In this document: one piece after another, positions 9,006 to 18,229 of the stretch
Numbering within the stretch: the first letter of the stretch is position 1
Layout: every line of letters starts with the position of its first letter
Source of the DNA: an uncultured Desulfobacterales bacterium
Lineage (GTDB): Bacteria > Desulfobacterota > Desulfobacteria > Desulfobacterales > C00003060
Direction of reading: 5' to 3'
NCBI GenBank assembly: GCA_964430705.1
Contig: CAYSGJ010000231.1
Span: forward strand, 3,245-67,244
DNA: 64,000 nucleotides
Notes under the pieces: model-generated
Told to the model about the DNA's origin: nothing
The model's database searches: none
Seen by the model: only the letters and a program-made list of their open reading frames with translations
Program-made: the position numbers and the translations under genes

Positions 9006-12000
9006 GTGTCCTATATGAAGCAAATTTTTCTGAAAGCACTGAAGATCTTCTTGGTTATTGCCGTAATTCTCCTGGTTCTTGCCTTGGTTTTCGGTGCCGT
9101 GTTGAGTCTTAATTGGCCCTGGTGGGTCGGCCTTTTTGTTTTGATTGGGCTCCTGGGAATTGTCATAGGCGTCCTGTTTTTGAAAAAGCTCTGGCTCCGC
9201 AGGCGGGAGCAGCAGTTTGTTCAAGAAATCATCGCACAGGATAACGCTTCGATCCAGAAGATGGACGGCAGGCAAAAAGAGCGTTCCAAAGACCTTCAGC
9301 AACGGTGGCAAGAAGCCATTGATGCGCTGCGGAAATCCCACCTCAGAAAACAGGGGAATCCCCTTTATGTATTGCCCTGGTACCTGGTCATCGGGGAGAG
9401 CGGCTCCGGAAAGACTACGGCCATCAAGGGCGCCCAGCTTTCCTCGCCTTTTGCCGAGGTAAGCCGGATGACGGGTATCTCGGGAACGAGAAACTGCGAT
9501 TGGTGGTTTTTCGAGCAGGCCATCATCATCGACACGGCCGGCCGGTATGCGATTCCGGTGGATGAGGGGGCCGACAAGGAGGAGTGGCAGAAATTTCTTA
9601 CGCAACTGGCCAGGTACAGAAAAAAAGAGCCGCTTAACGGTCTTGTGGTGACTGTTGCAGCCGATAAACTTCTGTCCGCCGGACCGGAGGTCTTAGAAGA
9701 CGACGGTCGCAAGATCCGGCAGCGTGTCGATGAATTGATGCGGGTGCTCGGGACCAAGTTTCCTGTTTACGTGATGGTCACAAAAGGGGACTTGGTGCAG
9801 GGCATGAGTCAGTTTTGCGACCGTTTTCAGGACAAGACATTGCAACAAGCCATGGGGCTGGTGAACCACAATATGTCAAAAGACGCCATTGCTGTTCTGA
9901 GGCGGGCGATTGGAGTGATTGCAGATCGTTTGAGGGATTTAAGACTCATTCTTTTTCACAAATCGGATGCCAGGGCCCAAGGCGTTGATCCGGCTCTCCT
10001 TTTGTTTCCGGAGGAATTTGAGAAACTGGAACCGGGGTTGCAGGCCTTTTTCAAGGGCGCTTTTCAGGAGAACCCATACCAGGAGACACCTCTTTTAAGA
10101 GGGGTGTTTTTCAGCAGCGGTCGGCAGGAAGGAACTCCCTATTCCCATTTCTTGAGTGCGCTGGGTCTCATACAGGAAAAAGAAGTTTTGCCCGGAACAA
10201 ACAAAGGATTGTTCCTTCATGATTTCTTCGGCCGTATTCTGCCCGGAGACCGGGGGCTTTTCGCGCCTACCCAACGGGCCATAGAGTGGAACAGGCTGAC
10301 GAAAAACCTGGGGTTGACGTCGTGGGTTGCTCTGGGCCTTGCCGTTTGCGGAATCCTTAGTTTCTCTTTCGTCAAAAACCTTGCAACCCTCAGAAGCGTT
10401 TCCCATGAATTTGCCAAGCCGCCGGTATTGCAGGGCGAGGTCCTTTCGGACGTGGTCATCATGGACCACTTCAGGCAGGCGATCGTGAACGTGGAGAATC
10501 AGAATAACAACTGGTGGATTCCCAGGCTCGGATTGAACGAAAGCAAGGCTGTAGAGATCGGCCTCAAGGAAAAATATTGCGAGCAATTCAGGGGCGGTTT
10601 TCTGGTTCCCTTTGACAAGGCGATGGCCGATACGATGTCCCGGTTCTCTGATGCCACGCCGGGTCATGTCTTGGGACAGCACGTGGCGCACCTGGCCAGG
10701 CGTATTAATCTCTTGAAGGCGAGATTGCAAGGACAAGCCATGGAATCGCTCTACACCATGCCTCAACCATCTTATGCCCCTATCACTTCCATGGCGGATC
10801 AGAAGGTGATTCCGGAAATAAAGAAGAAGTTTTCCGAGCTCTATTTGAAACACCTGGAGTGGCAGGCGGACCAACCCGGTCTTAACCGGGAAATGAATGC
10901 GTTGCAGACCTGGCTGAAACATGTGTTGACCTTAAAGGGCACGGATCTGCGCTGGGTGGTTGATTGGATCAACAACGAAGAGGGGATGGCATCGGTGACG
11001 CTGGAAGGTTTCTGGGGCGGCGGCTCCGATGCGACCGAGGAGGTGTCGGTGCCGCCTGCTTTTACCGTGAAGGGCAAGGCGCAAATTGATGGCATTGTGG
11101 CTGAAATAGAATCAGCCCTTGTTGATCCGCTGGTTGTCGCCGGCAAGAAGCTCGAGTTCTTAGGTTGGTACCGAAAAGTGTATCTGGACCAATGGCATAC
11201 GTTCGGTGAAGGGTTCTCCAATGGCATTGACCGGCTTGATGGGCGAGAAGAACGCCGCCAGGTCGCCGGAAAAATTGGAACTGATGAAGGCCCTTACTTT
11301 GCGTTGATGGAAAGGATGGCTGATGAGTTGGATCCAGTGGCAGAGGGAGAGGACGTCCCCACCTGGGTTGCCCTGGTCTACAAGTTCCGAGCGACAAAAA
11401 TGGCGGCGATCCAGGATGCGGCGTTGAAAGAAAAAGGGAGCCTTGTCAAGGCAACCAGAAAGGGGCAAGCTCTCATTGCCAGGTTGGAACAGAAGCTGAG
11501 CAAGGGTGGCGCCGAAAAGGTCCTCGAGTCTCAACTGAAGGCGGTGCGGGGCGTTGGCGATTATGTGTCCGCCCTCGGGCAAATCAGACCGGCCGCCGTT
11601 TCCAGGTCGAAGGCTTTCGATATCGCAGCCCAGGCATTCCAGGACGATCCCGCCACGAGCAAATCGCCCATCTATGCGGCGCAAGACGGGCTGGAGACCC
11701 TGACGACGCACTTGGCCGGCGGGGAAGCGGGACAAAAGATGTTCTGGGCCCTGGTCGGGGGACCGCTTGATTATCTGTGGCTTTATGTGCGCATGGAAGC
11801 CGCGTGTCATCTTCAGGACCTTTGGGAAAAAGAGGTGTTGGTGGAACTTCAAGGTCTGGGTGACCAGAAAGCGGCTACGAGCCTACTTTTGGGAGACGAC
11901 GGTTACGCCACAAAATTCGCGAAAGGTCCGGCAGCCCCATTTTTGGGGCGAAGCCTGAAGAAAGGGTACTACGCAAAACAATGCCTGGGAAAGGGTATCC

Positions 12001-12506
12001 CTTTTCAAGAGTCTTTTTTGAGTTTTCTGACCAAAGGGGCCAAGGCTGCCAAGCCCATCCAGGGAAAATACTCGGTATCCATACAGGGACTGCCCACGGA
12101 CACGAACAAAGGCGCCCAGTTGAAAGCACACGCCACGCGCCTTGAGATGCATTGTGCAAAGGAAACCCAAACCTTGGTCAATCTGAATTATCCCGTCAGC
12201 AAAACCTTTGACTGGTCGGCTCAGGACTGTGGAGACGTTATATTTAAGATTGAAGTGGGCAAGCTTGTTCTGACAAAAAAGTATACCGGTTACCAGGGGT
12301 TCCCTGAATTTCTAAAAGACTTTAGGAATGGGCTGCATACTTTTTATCCCGGTAATTTTCCGAGAGAAGAGGCCGCCCTGAAACGCTTGGGAATTGAGTC
12401 GATCACAGTCAAGTACCGCTTCAAAGGGCATGAACCGGTTCTCAAACTCCTCGGAACGGCGCCCGGCAGGGCGCCAAGGAGCATTGTCACGTGCTGGGAT
12501 CAATAA
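9006..12506 (+). CDS. tssM: T6SS membrane complex protein TssM (IcmF family)
   Basis: About 1160 aa with N-terminal TM segments, Walker A GESGSGKTT and a long periplasmic domain. The start is GTG 9006 or ATG 9015. Confidence 0.9.
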   Translation: MSYMKQIFLKALKIFLVIAVILLVLALVFGAVLSLNWPWWVGLFVLIGLLGIVIGVLFLKKLWLRRREQQFVQEIIAQDNASIQKMDGRQKERSKDLQQRWQEAIDALRKSHLRKQGNPLYVLPWYLVIGESGSGKTTAIKGAQLSSPFAEVSRMTGISGTRNCDWWFFEQAIIIDTAGRYAIPVDEGADKEEWQKFLTQLARYRKKEPLNGLVVTVAADKLLSAGPEVLEDDGRKIRQRVDELMRVLGTKFPVYVMVTKGDLVQGMSQFCDRFQDKTLQQAMGLVNHNMSKDAIAVLRRAIGVIADRLRDLRLILFHKSDARAQGVDPALLLFPEEFEKLEPGLQAFFKGAFQENPYQETPLLRGVFFSSGRQEGTPYSHFLSALGLIQEKEVLPGTNKGLFLHDFFGRILPGDRGLFAPTQRAIEWNRLTKNLGLTSWVALGLAVCGILSFSFVKNLATLRSVSHEFAKPPVLQGEVLSDVVIMDHFRQAIVNVENQNNNWWIPRLGLNESKAVEIGLKEKYCEQFRGGFLVPFDKAMADTMSRFSDATPGHVLGQHVAHLARRINLLKARLQGQAMESLYTMPQPSYAPITSMADQKVIPEIKKKFSELYLKHLEWQADQPGLNREMNALQTWLKHVLTLKGTDLRWVVDWINNEEGMASVTLEGFWGGGSDATEEVSVPPAFTVKGKAQIDGIVAEIESALVDPLVVAGKKLEFLGWYRKVYLDQWHTFGEGFSNGIDRLDGREERRQVAGKIGTDEGPYFALMERMADELDPVAEGEDVPTWVALVYKFRATKMAAIQDAALKEKGSLVKATRKGQALIARLEQKLSKGGAEKVLESQLKAVRGVGDYVSALGQIRPAAVSRSKAFDIAAQAFQDDPATSKSPIYAAQDGLETLTTHLAGGEAGQKMFWALVGGPLDYLWLYVRMEAACHLQDLWEKEVLVELQGLGDQKAATSLLLGDDGYATKFAKGPAAPFLGRSLKKGYYAKQCLGKGIPFQESFLSFLTKGAKAAKPIQGKYSVSIQGLPTDTNKGAQLKAHATRLEMHCAKETQTLVNLNYPVSKTFDWSAQDCGDVIFKIEVGKLVLTKKYTGYQGFPEFLKDFRNGLHTFYPGNFPREEAALKRLGIESITVKYRFKGHEPVLKLLGTAPGRAPRSIVTCWDQ

Positions 12507-13327
12507 GGTCTTCAGGAAAATCTTCCGGGTCCTGGCAGTGGGCTGCCGGCGGGAAACATCCCGTAGTAAAAGACTATTTTGAGGTCGGCTCAGGAGTGCC
12601 CGTGCTGAAGGCCTTTTTGGGTTGGATGGAAAAAGGCTACGGCGCGGCAAGTTCCAAGGGGCCGCCCGCCATGGGTTTTTGTTCTTGGCGCTTTTGGGCC
12701 AGGGGATCCGGACGTCAATCTTTAGTGTGCGGCCTTTGTAAGGACAGCAGCGACGGGCTGGGAAGACGATTCCCTCTGCTGATTTCCGGGACGGGCCTGC
12801 TTGGGGATTGGCAAAATGCCTGGGAACTATTGCCGCTTGCCTGCGAAAAAGTGTGGAGTCAAATGGAAAACCTTTCTGCGACACGGTTTTCCGGTTTTGA
12901 TCAGTTCGAAACCCGTGTGGGTCAACTCAGCGCGCCGTCGGGCGATTGGTCTGTGTTGAACGAGCACATGGCAATGGCGGCGTCTCAGTGTTCATCACTG
13001 CCCGACAATGATACTGTAAGCCGGTGTCAACGATCTTTTGATGATGCGCGGCAGCCCTTGGCGGATGCGCAGGTGGTGTTCTGTGCACTTGACGCGTGGT
13101 CATTGGAAGATATATCCGTGGTATCATCGCGACTGCATAACCTGTTGAAGCAACATAACCCCGATGCGCCGAATGCCGTATTCATCGGCGGCAATATAGA
13201 AAGAACTTTTCTTGCCGTATTCAGAAGGGCGCTGGCGCCCCTGGACTTCGTACGGCTCTGGGCGCAAGAACCGGGTGTCGAAAAAAACGGCAATGAACCT
13301 TTTTACTCTGCTGAAGTTACCGGTTAG
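12491..13327 (+). CDS. tagF: T6SS-associated protein TagF (ImpM family)
   Basis: GTG start overlaps the tssM 3' end by 16 nt. The N-terminal SWQWAAGGKHPVVKDYFEVG resembles the GK.P...DF motif of TagF. Its position after tssM is typical. Confidence 0.65.
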   Translation: MLGSIRSSGKSSGSWQWAAGGKHPVVKDYFEVGSGVPVLKAFLGWMEKGYGAASSKGPPAMGFCSWRFWARGSGRQSLVCGLCKDSSDGLGRRFPLLISGTGLLGDWQNAWELLPLACEKVWSQMENLSATRFSGFDQFETRVGQLSAPSGDWSVLNEHMAMAASQCSSLPDNDTVSRCQRSFDDARQPLADAQVVFCALDAWSLEDISVVSSRLHNLLKQHNPDAPNAVFIGGNIERTFLAVFRRALAPLDFVRLWAQEPGVEKNGNEPFYSAEVTG

Positions 13328-13351
13328 AAAATGAAAAGACCAGTCAGAACT

Positions 13352-13370
13352 GTCCGAAATTCGGACGTCC
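13352..13370. promoter_or_regulatory. palindromes GTCCGAAATTCGGAC / GGACGTCC, candidate enhancer (UAS) for the tssA sigma-54 promoter
   Basis: Perfect 7+1+7 palindrome at 13352-13366, overlapping the 8-bp palindrome GGACGTCC at 13363-13370. It lies about 100 bp upstream of the -24 element, a typical bEBP distance. Confidence 0.3.
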
Positions 13371-13464
13371 GGGCCATGGTTTGGTTTGAAAGATTTTCTC
13401 GGCATCAGGAAAAAACAAATATAACTATTCATAATAACGGCATAAGCGTTTATTTAGGCAAAAT

Positions 13465-13480
13465 TGGTATCGTTTTTGCT
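13465..13480 (+). promoter_or_regulatory. sigma-54 (-24/-12) promoter upstream of tssA-tssBC-hcp
   Basis: TGGTATCGTTTTTGCT has GG and GC in the exact spacing of the consensus TGGCACG-N4-TTGCW. It lies 55 nt upstream of the tssA ATG. Confidence 0.55.
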
Positions 13481-13534
13481 GTACTATGAGCCCGCAACGA
13501 CGTTCCCTTTTGTGCGCGGCCGGTTTATTGGAAA

Positions 13535-15133
13535 ATGACACCCATGGATCTATTGTCACTCGGTAAAGAACCCGTCAGCGAAACCCATCCTGCCGGCTCG
13601 GACGTGCGGTACGAGCCGGAATTTGAAGAACTTCAGGCTGAGATCGATAAGCTGTCCAACCCTTCATCTTCCGGCAGCATGGACTGGGAAAGGGTTCATA
13701 CGCTCTGTGTAAACATCCTTTCCGACAAATCCAAAGATCTGTTGGTTGCCAGCTATCTTGCGGTGGCTCAGATCCACATCCATCAAATGGAAGGATTCGG
13801 CGTGGGTTTGGCCGTATATCGCGACTTGTTGGAAAAATTTTGGGATGATTTGTTTCCATCTAAGAAGAGGATGAGAGGGCGTATAGGCGCTATTGAATGG
13901 TGGTTGGAAAAGGTTGAATCGGCAGTGGAGGGAGTCAAAGCGGCGCCGCTGCCGGCCGAACGGATTGAAGAATTCCGGGAACATATCCGAATAATCGACG
14001 GCGTTTTGCGAGAAAAGTTGGACGAAGCGCCTCTGCTCAGACCCTTGGAACGGATCGTCGAAAAAATCCCCATTATTGCCGAGAAAAAACCGGAACCGGC
14101 ATCAAAAACAGAATCGACGCCCGGAGAAAGGACGCCCGCGGCCGAGACGGCTCCGGAACGTGCAACCGAGGTCAAGCGGCAAGAGGCCCCGGCGCCCTCG
14201 GCGCCCTCGGAGATTGATTCAGCGGCATCCGCTCAAAAGGCGTTGGACGATGCCGTCAATGGTATTCGGAGGGTGTGCCGTTATCTACAAAAGGAAGACC
14301 TTTCCAATGTATCGGCTTACCGGTGGATGCGAATTGCTGCTTGGGCGGCACTTACGGATCCACCGCCGGCGACAAATGGAAAGACGATTATTCCTCCTCC
14401 GGATCCTATGGTTCGAACCATACTGCTTGACCTGCGGGTCAATAAGAATTGGCAGGGGCTTGTCGAGTCGGCTGAAGACAGAGTGGCGGAGTACATTCTC
14501 TGGCTTGATTTGCATCGATTTGTGGCCGAAGGGCTTTCCAATCTTGGTTCGTCGTATCAGGACTGCCACGACGTGGTATGCGAAGAGACGGCGCTTTTCG
14601 TTCGTCGCTTCGGGGGCGTGGAGAATTTGTCGTTTGCCGACGGAACGCCTTTTGCCGACGCGGAGACCCTTCGGTGGCTACAGGGCATTGCCTTTGGCGA
14701 CGCGGGAGCGAGCTCGGACATGCCGTCCGTTGCGGGCGCAAGCGACGCCGGTCATATGACCGAGGTTGTAGAGAAGGCCCAAGCGCTGGTGAAAAAGAAA
14801 AAGCTGGGCGAGGCCGTGTCAATGCTCGACCGGGAACTTCGCAGGTGTTTTTCCAAAAAAGGGCAACTGTTGTGGCGTCTGGCTTTGGCTCAGTTGCTGT
14901 TAAGTGCGAAACGACCGAAATTCGCGTTGCCCCATCTGGAAGTGGTTCTTCAGGATGTGGATGCCTTTCGTTTGGAGGAGTGGGATCCGGATCTGGCGTT
15001 CAAGGGTCTGAAAACGGTTTGGCTTGGGCTTGATGCCCATGGAGACGAAGCATCCAAGGAACAAGCGGCATCCGTATTAAAGCGGCTCGCGAGGCTTTCT
15101 CCGACCGAAGCCATTGGGTTGGAAAGGGGGTAA
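13535..15133 (+). CDS. tssA: T6SS protein TssA (ImpA N-terminal domain)
   Basis: The N-terminus LGKEPVSETHPAGSDVRYEPEFEELQAEIDK is the ImpA_N signature. 532 aa with a Pro/Ala/Glu linker. Confidence 0.85.
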   Translation: MTPMDLLSLGKEPVSETHPAGSDVRYEPEFEELQAEIDKLSNPSSSGSMDWERVHTLCVNILSDKSKDLLVASYLAVAQIHIHQMEGFGVGLAVYRDLLEKFWDDLFPSKKRMRGRIGAIEWWLEKVESAVEGVKAAPLPAERIEEFREHIRIIDGVLREKLDEAPLLRPLERIVEKIPIIAEKKPEPASKTESTPGERTPAAETAPERATEVKRQEAPAPSAPSEIDSAASAQKALDDAVNGIRRVCRYLQKEDLSNVSAYRWMRIAAWAALTDPPPATNGKTIIPPPDPMVRTILLDLRVNKNWQGLVESAEDRVAEYILWLDLHRFVAEGLSNLGSSYQDCHDVVCEETALFVRRFGGVENLSFADGTPFADAETLRWLQGIAFGDAGASSDMPSVAGASDAGHMTEVVEKAQALVKKKKLGEAVSMLDRELRRCFSKKGQLLWRLALAQLLLSAKRPKFALPHLEVVLQDVDAFRLEEWDPDLAFKGLKTVWLGLDAHGDEASKEQAASVLKRLARLSPTEAIGLERG

Positions 15134-15201
15134 ACAGTACCGAAAAGGTTCTGAAGACATATGGTTCGATGTGAAAATCATCTTCAACAAAGGAGGAAAT
15201 C

Positions 15202-15690
15202 ATGGCTAAAGAGGGAACGGTTGCCCCGAGGGAACGGGTGAACATTGTGTATCGACCGGCGACGGGAGACGCCAAAGAAGAGGTGGAACTTCCCCTCAAG
15301 GTGCTGGTCATGGGAGATTTTACCGGCAAACCGGACGACCGGCCGCTGGAAGACAGGGAACCCATTAACATTGATAAAGACAACTTCGACGAGGTCCTGA
15401 AGGCCCAGGGGGTCAACTTGAACCTTACCGTGTCCAACAAGCTTTCCGGGGAACCTGATGACGAAATGAGCGTATCGCTCAAATTTGAATCTATGAAAGA
15501 TTTCGGACCCGAGGCCGTGGCCAGGAATACGCCCGAGTTAAACCGGCTTCTGGAGCTTAGAGAGGCGCTCGGCGCCTTGAAAGGACCTTTGAGCAATTTG
15601 CCGGATTTCAGGAAGAAGATTCAGGAACTTGTGAAAGATGATGCCGCACGGGAAAAATTATTGAAAGAATTGGGGGCGGAAGATAAATAG
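15202..15690 (+). CDS. tssB: T6SS contractile sheath small subunit TssB (VipA)
   Basis: MAKEGTVAPRERVNIVYRP..ELPLKVLVMGDFTG is the canonical TssB pattern. AGGAGG RBS. Confidence 0.9.
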   Translation: MAKEGTVAPRERVNIVYRPATGDAKEEVELPLKVLVMGDFTGKPDDRPLEDREPINIDKDNFDEVLKAQGVNLNLTVSNKLSGEPDDEMSVSLKFESMKDFGPEAVARNTPELNRLLELREALGALKGPLSNLPDFRKKIQELVKDDAAREKLLKELGAEDK

Positions 15691-15711
15691 CCGCAAAGGG
15701 GAGGTGATAGC

Positions 15712-17196
15712 ATGGCAGAAGAACAACAACAGGAAGTTGCCGCGCAGGAAGAGACCGTAGAGGAAACGTCTTTGTTGGAATCGATTGTCCAGGCAACGAA
15801 ACTGAAACCGAAAGACGAAGCGTATGGGATGGCCAAACGAGGGGTGGAGGCCCTGATCTCGCAACTTCTTGAACCGGGACGGGTCGTACCCAAGATTTCC
15901 AAGGCGGTCGTGGACGACATGATTGCCGAAATCGATAAAAAGCTCAGCCTCCAGCTGGATGCGGTCCTACACCATCCGGAGGTTCAAAAGCTCGAATCTG
16001 CCTGGCGTTCTCTGAGATTTCTAGTGGACAGGACGGATTTTAGAGAAAATACCAAGCTGGAAATCCTCAATGTCAGCAAGGAAGACCTTCTGGAAGACTT
16101 TGAAGATTCTCCCGAGGTCGTCAAGTCCGGTCTGTATAAAACGGTGTATACGGCCGAATACGGACAGTTCGGGGGGCAGCCTTATGGGGCTATGATCGGA
16201 AACTACGAGTTCGGACCGGGGCCTCAGGACATGAAACTTCTACAATACGCGGGCAGCGTGGCCGCTATGGCGCATGCCCCCTTTGTGGCCGCGGTCGGGC
16301 CGGCCATGTTCGGTCTTGATGACTTCAACGGTTTGCCGAACCTGAAGGACCTCAAGTCGTTGTTTGAAGGCCCTCAGTACACCAAATGGCAATCGTTCAG
16401 AGAGAGCGAAGACGCCCGATACGTGGGGTTGACCGTGCCGAGGTTCCTGTTGCGGCTTCCTTACGGGCCGGACACGGCTCCGGTTAAGGCTTTCAACTAC
16501 CAGGAGGACGTTTCCGCCAGTCATGACGATTACTGCTGGGGAAATGCCGCTTTTACGTTTGCTTCCCGTCTTACGGATTCCTTTGCCAAATGGAGATGGT
16601 GCGCCAACATCATCGGCCCCAAAGGCGGCGGGGCGGTGGAAGATCTTCCGCTTCATCAGTTTGAGGCCATGGGCGCCGTGCAAACAAAGATACCGACCGA
16701 GGTTCTGGTGTCGGAAAGACGGGAATTTGAACTGGCTGAAGAGGGGTTTATCGGCCTGACCATGCGCAAGGGAAGCGACAATGCGGCTTTCTTTTCCGCC
16801 AACTCGGTCCAAAAACCCAAGTTTTTCGGCATCAGCAAAGAAGGAAAGGAGGCGGAACTCAACTACAAGCTGGGGCTGCAGTTGCCTTACATGATGGTGA
16901 TCAATCGGTTGGCCCATTATCTTAAGGTGATCCAACGGGAAAACATCGGCACCTGGAAAGAACGCGCGGACCTGGAAAGGGAGTTGAATGCGTGGATCGG
17001 TCAGTATGTCACGGAAATGGACAACCCGCCGCCCGGAGCCAGGAGCCGCAGGCCGTTGCGCCAGGCCCAGGTCACGGTGGAAGATGTGGAAGGCGAGCCC
17101 GGCTGGTATCGGGTCGGAATGAAAGTAAGGCCCCACTTTAAATACATGGGCGCTTTTTTTACCCTTTCCCTGGTTGGGAAACTGGACAAAGAATAG
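15712..17196 (+). CDS. tssC: T6SS contractile sheath large subunit TssC (VipB)
   Basis: 494 aa. Blocks such as LRFLVDRTDF, YGQFGGQPYG, PRFLLRLPYG and WKERADLERELN..WI..YV are typical TssC. Confidence 0.95.
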   Translation: MAEEQQQEVAAQEETVEETSLLESIVQATKLKPKDEAYGMAKRGVEALISQLLEPGRVVPKISKAVVDDMIAEIDKKLSLQLDAVLHHPEVQKLESAWRSLRFLVDRTDFRENTKLEILNVSKEDLLEDFEDSPEVVKSGLYKTVYTAEYGQFGGQPYGAMIGNYEFGPGPQDMKLLQYAGSVAAMAHAPFVAAVGPAMFGLDDFNGLPNLKDLKSLFEGPQYTKWQSFRESEDARYVGLTVPRFLLRLPYGPDTAPVKAFNYQEDVSASHDDYCWGNAAFTFASRLTDSFAKWRWCANIIGPKGGGAVEDLPLHQFEAMGAVQTKIPTEVLVSERREFELAEEGFIGLTMRKGSDNAAFFSANSVQKPKFFGISKEGKEAELNYKLGLQLPYMMVINRLAHYLKVIQRENIGTWKERADLERELNAWIGQYVTEMDNPPPGARSRRPLRQAQVTVEDVEGEPGWYRVGMKVRPHFKYMGAFFTLSLVGKLDKE

Positions 17197-17216
17197 GAAG
17201 AGAAAGGAGAAGGACC

Positions 17217-17705
17217 ATGGCGTTAAATGCATACCTGAAACTGAAGGGCGAGACACAAGGGGAAATCAGGGGTTCGGTGACGCAAGCGGGACGGGAAGAC
17301 TCCATCATGGTGATTGCCACAAACCACGAGGTCGTTTCCCCTCGCGACGCCGCCTCCGGTTTGCCTACCGGCAAGCGGCAGCACAAACCGTTTACAATTA
17401 CCAAAGAGGTCGATCAATCGACGCCGTTGCTCTACAATGTTCTTGTCAATAACGAAAATATTACGGAATGGAAACTGGAATACTGGCAACCCTCGGCATC
17501 CGGAAGGGAAGTGCAGCACTACCACGTCGAGTTGGTAAACGCTTCCATCTCAGCCATCCAGCAGGAGATGCTCAACAACAAGTATCCGGAGAACATGCAG
17601 CACAAGGAACGCGAACACGTGTCTTTTTGCTACCAGAAGATTATTTGGACTTGGACTGACGGCGGCATTACGGCGGAGGACGATTGGGAAGCACCGCAGG
17701 CTTAA
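17217..17705 (+). CDS. hcp: T6SS inner tube protein Hcp (TssD)
   Basis: 162 aa. MALNAYLKLKGETQGEIRGS..GREDSIMVIA..HKPFTITKEVDQSTPLL follows the Hcp1 family pattern. Confidence 0.9.
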   Translation: MALNAYLKLKGETQGEIRGSVTQAGREDSIMVIATNHEVVSPRDAASGLPTGKRQHKPFTITKEVDQSTPLLYNVLVNNENITEWKLEYWQPSASGREVQHYHVELVNASISAIQQEMLNNKYPENMQHKEREHVSFCYQKIIWTWTDGGITAEDDWEAPQA

Positions 17706-17713
17706 GCGGGCGG

Positions 17714-17743
17714 GGAGCGAGGCTGCAAGGCCTCGCTCCTTTT
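17714..17743 (+). terminator. intrinsic terminator/attenuator immediately after hcp
   Basis: Perfect 10-bp GC-rich stem GGAGCGAGGC / GCCTCGCTCC (17714-17723 / 17730-17739), a 6-nt loop, then TTTT (17740-17743). It sits 9 nt after the hcp stop and 16 nt before tssE. Confidence 0.6.
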
Positions 17744-17758
17744 GTCGGATGATGCATT

Positions 17759-18172
17759 GTGCGAGAAGAAAGATTGCTGGAGCGGCTGCAGAGCTGGAAA
17801 AAAGATCCCGGCAGAAGATCGCGAGAGGATCCGCGAAGGACGGTGGACTCTGTCTTAGCGCACCTCCAGCGCGTTCTGAACACGAGACAGGGCAACGTGC
17901 CGATCGCCGATGATTACGGGGTGCCCGACTTCACTTCTTTTTTGGAGCAATATCCAGATTCTCTTCGCAGTTTTGAACAGTCCGTCCGGGAAACGATTGA
18001 AAAATACGAACCGCGACTAAAGGCGGTTCGGGTGCGTTTTACTCCCGATGAGCACGATCCGCAGTTGATACGGTTTCAAATACTGGGAAAGTTGGCGAGC
18101 AGCGACCAAAGCGACCCGGTACACTTCGAAAGCACCGTGGGGCCGGACGGAAAGATTCGGATCAGACGTTGA
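17759..18172 (+). CDS. tssE: T6SS baseplate protein TssE (gp25-like)
   Basis: 137 aa. LLERL..SVLAHLQRVLNTRQG..DYGVPDF is the gp25/TssE pattern. GTG start. Confidence 0.85.
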   Translation: MREERLLERLQSWKKDPGRRSREDPRRTVDSVLAHLQRVLNTRQGNVPIADDYGVPDFTSFLEQYPDSLRSFEQSVRETIEKYEPRLKAVRVRFTPDEHDPQLIRFQILGKLASSDQSDPVHFESTVGPDGKIRIRR

Positions 18173-18229
18173 CATGGATGGACGGCGGAATTTTTTTTTG
18201 CAAGGTCATGAGTTGAAGCGCAAAGGCGT

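Noticed and set aside
14076-14759. 227-aa plus-strand ORF in an alternative frame
   Set aside because: It lies inside tssA in another frame. The translation is extreme Arg-rich (RPRRPRRPRR), a frame artefact of the Pro/Ala/Glu linker.
16240-17256. 338-aa minus-strand ORF
   Set aside because: It is antisense to tssC. The composition is Arg/Gly/His-rich with no motif.
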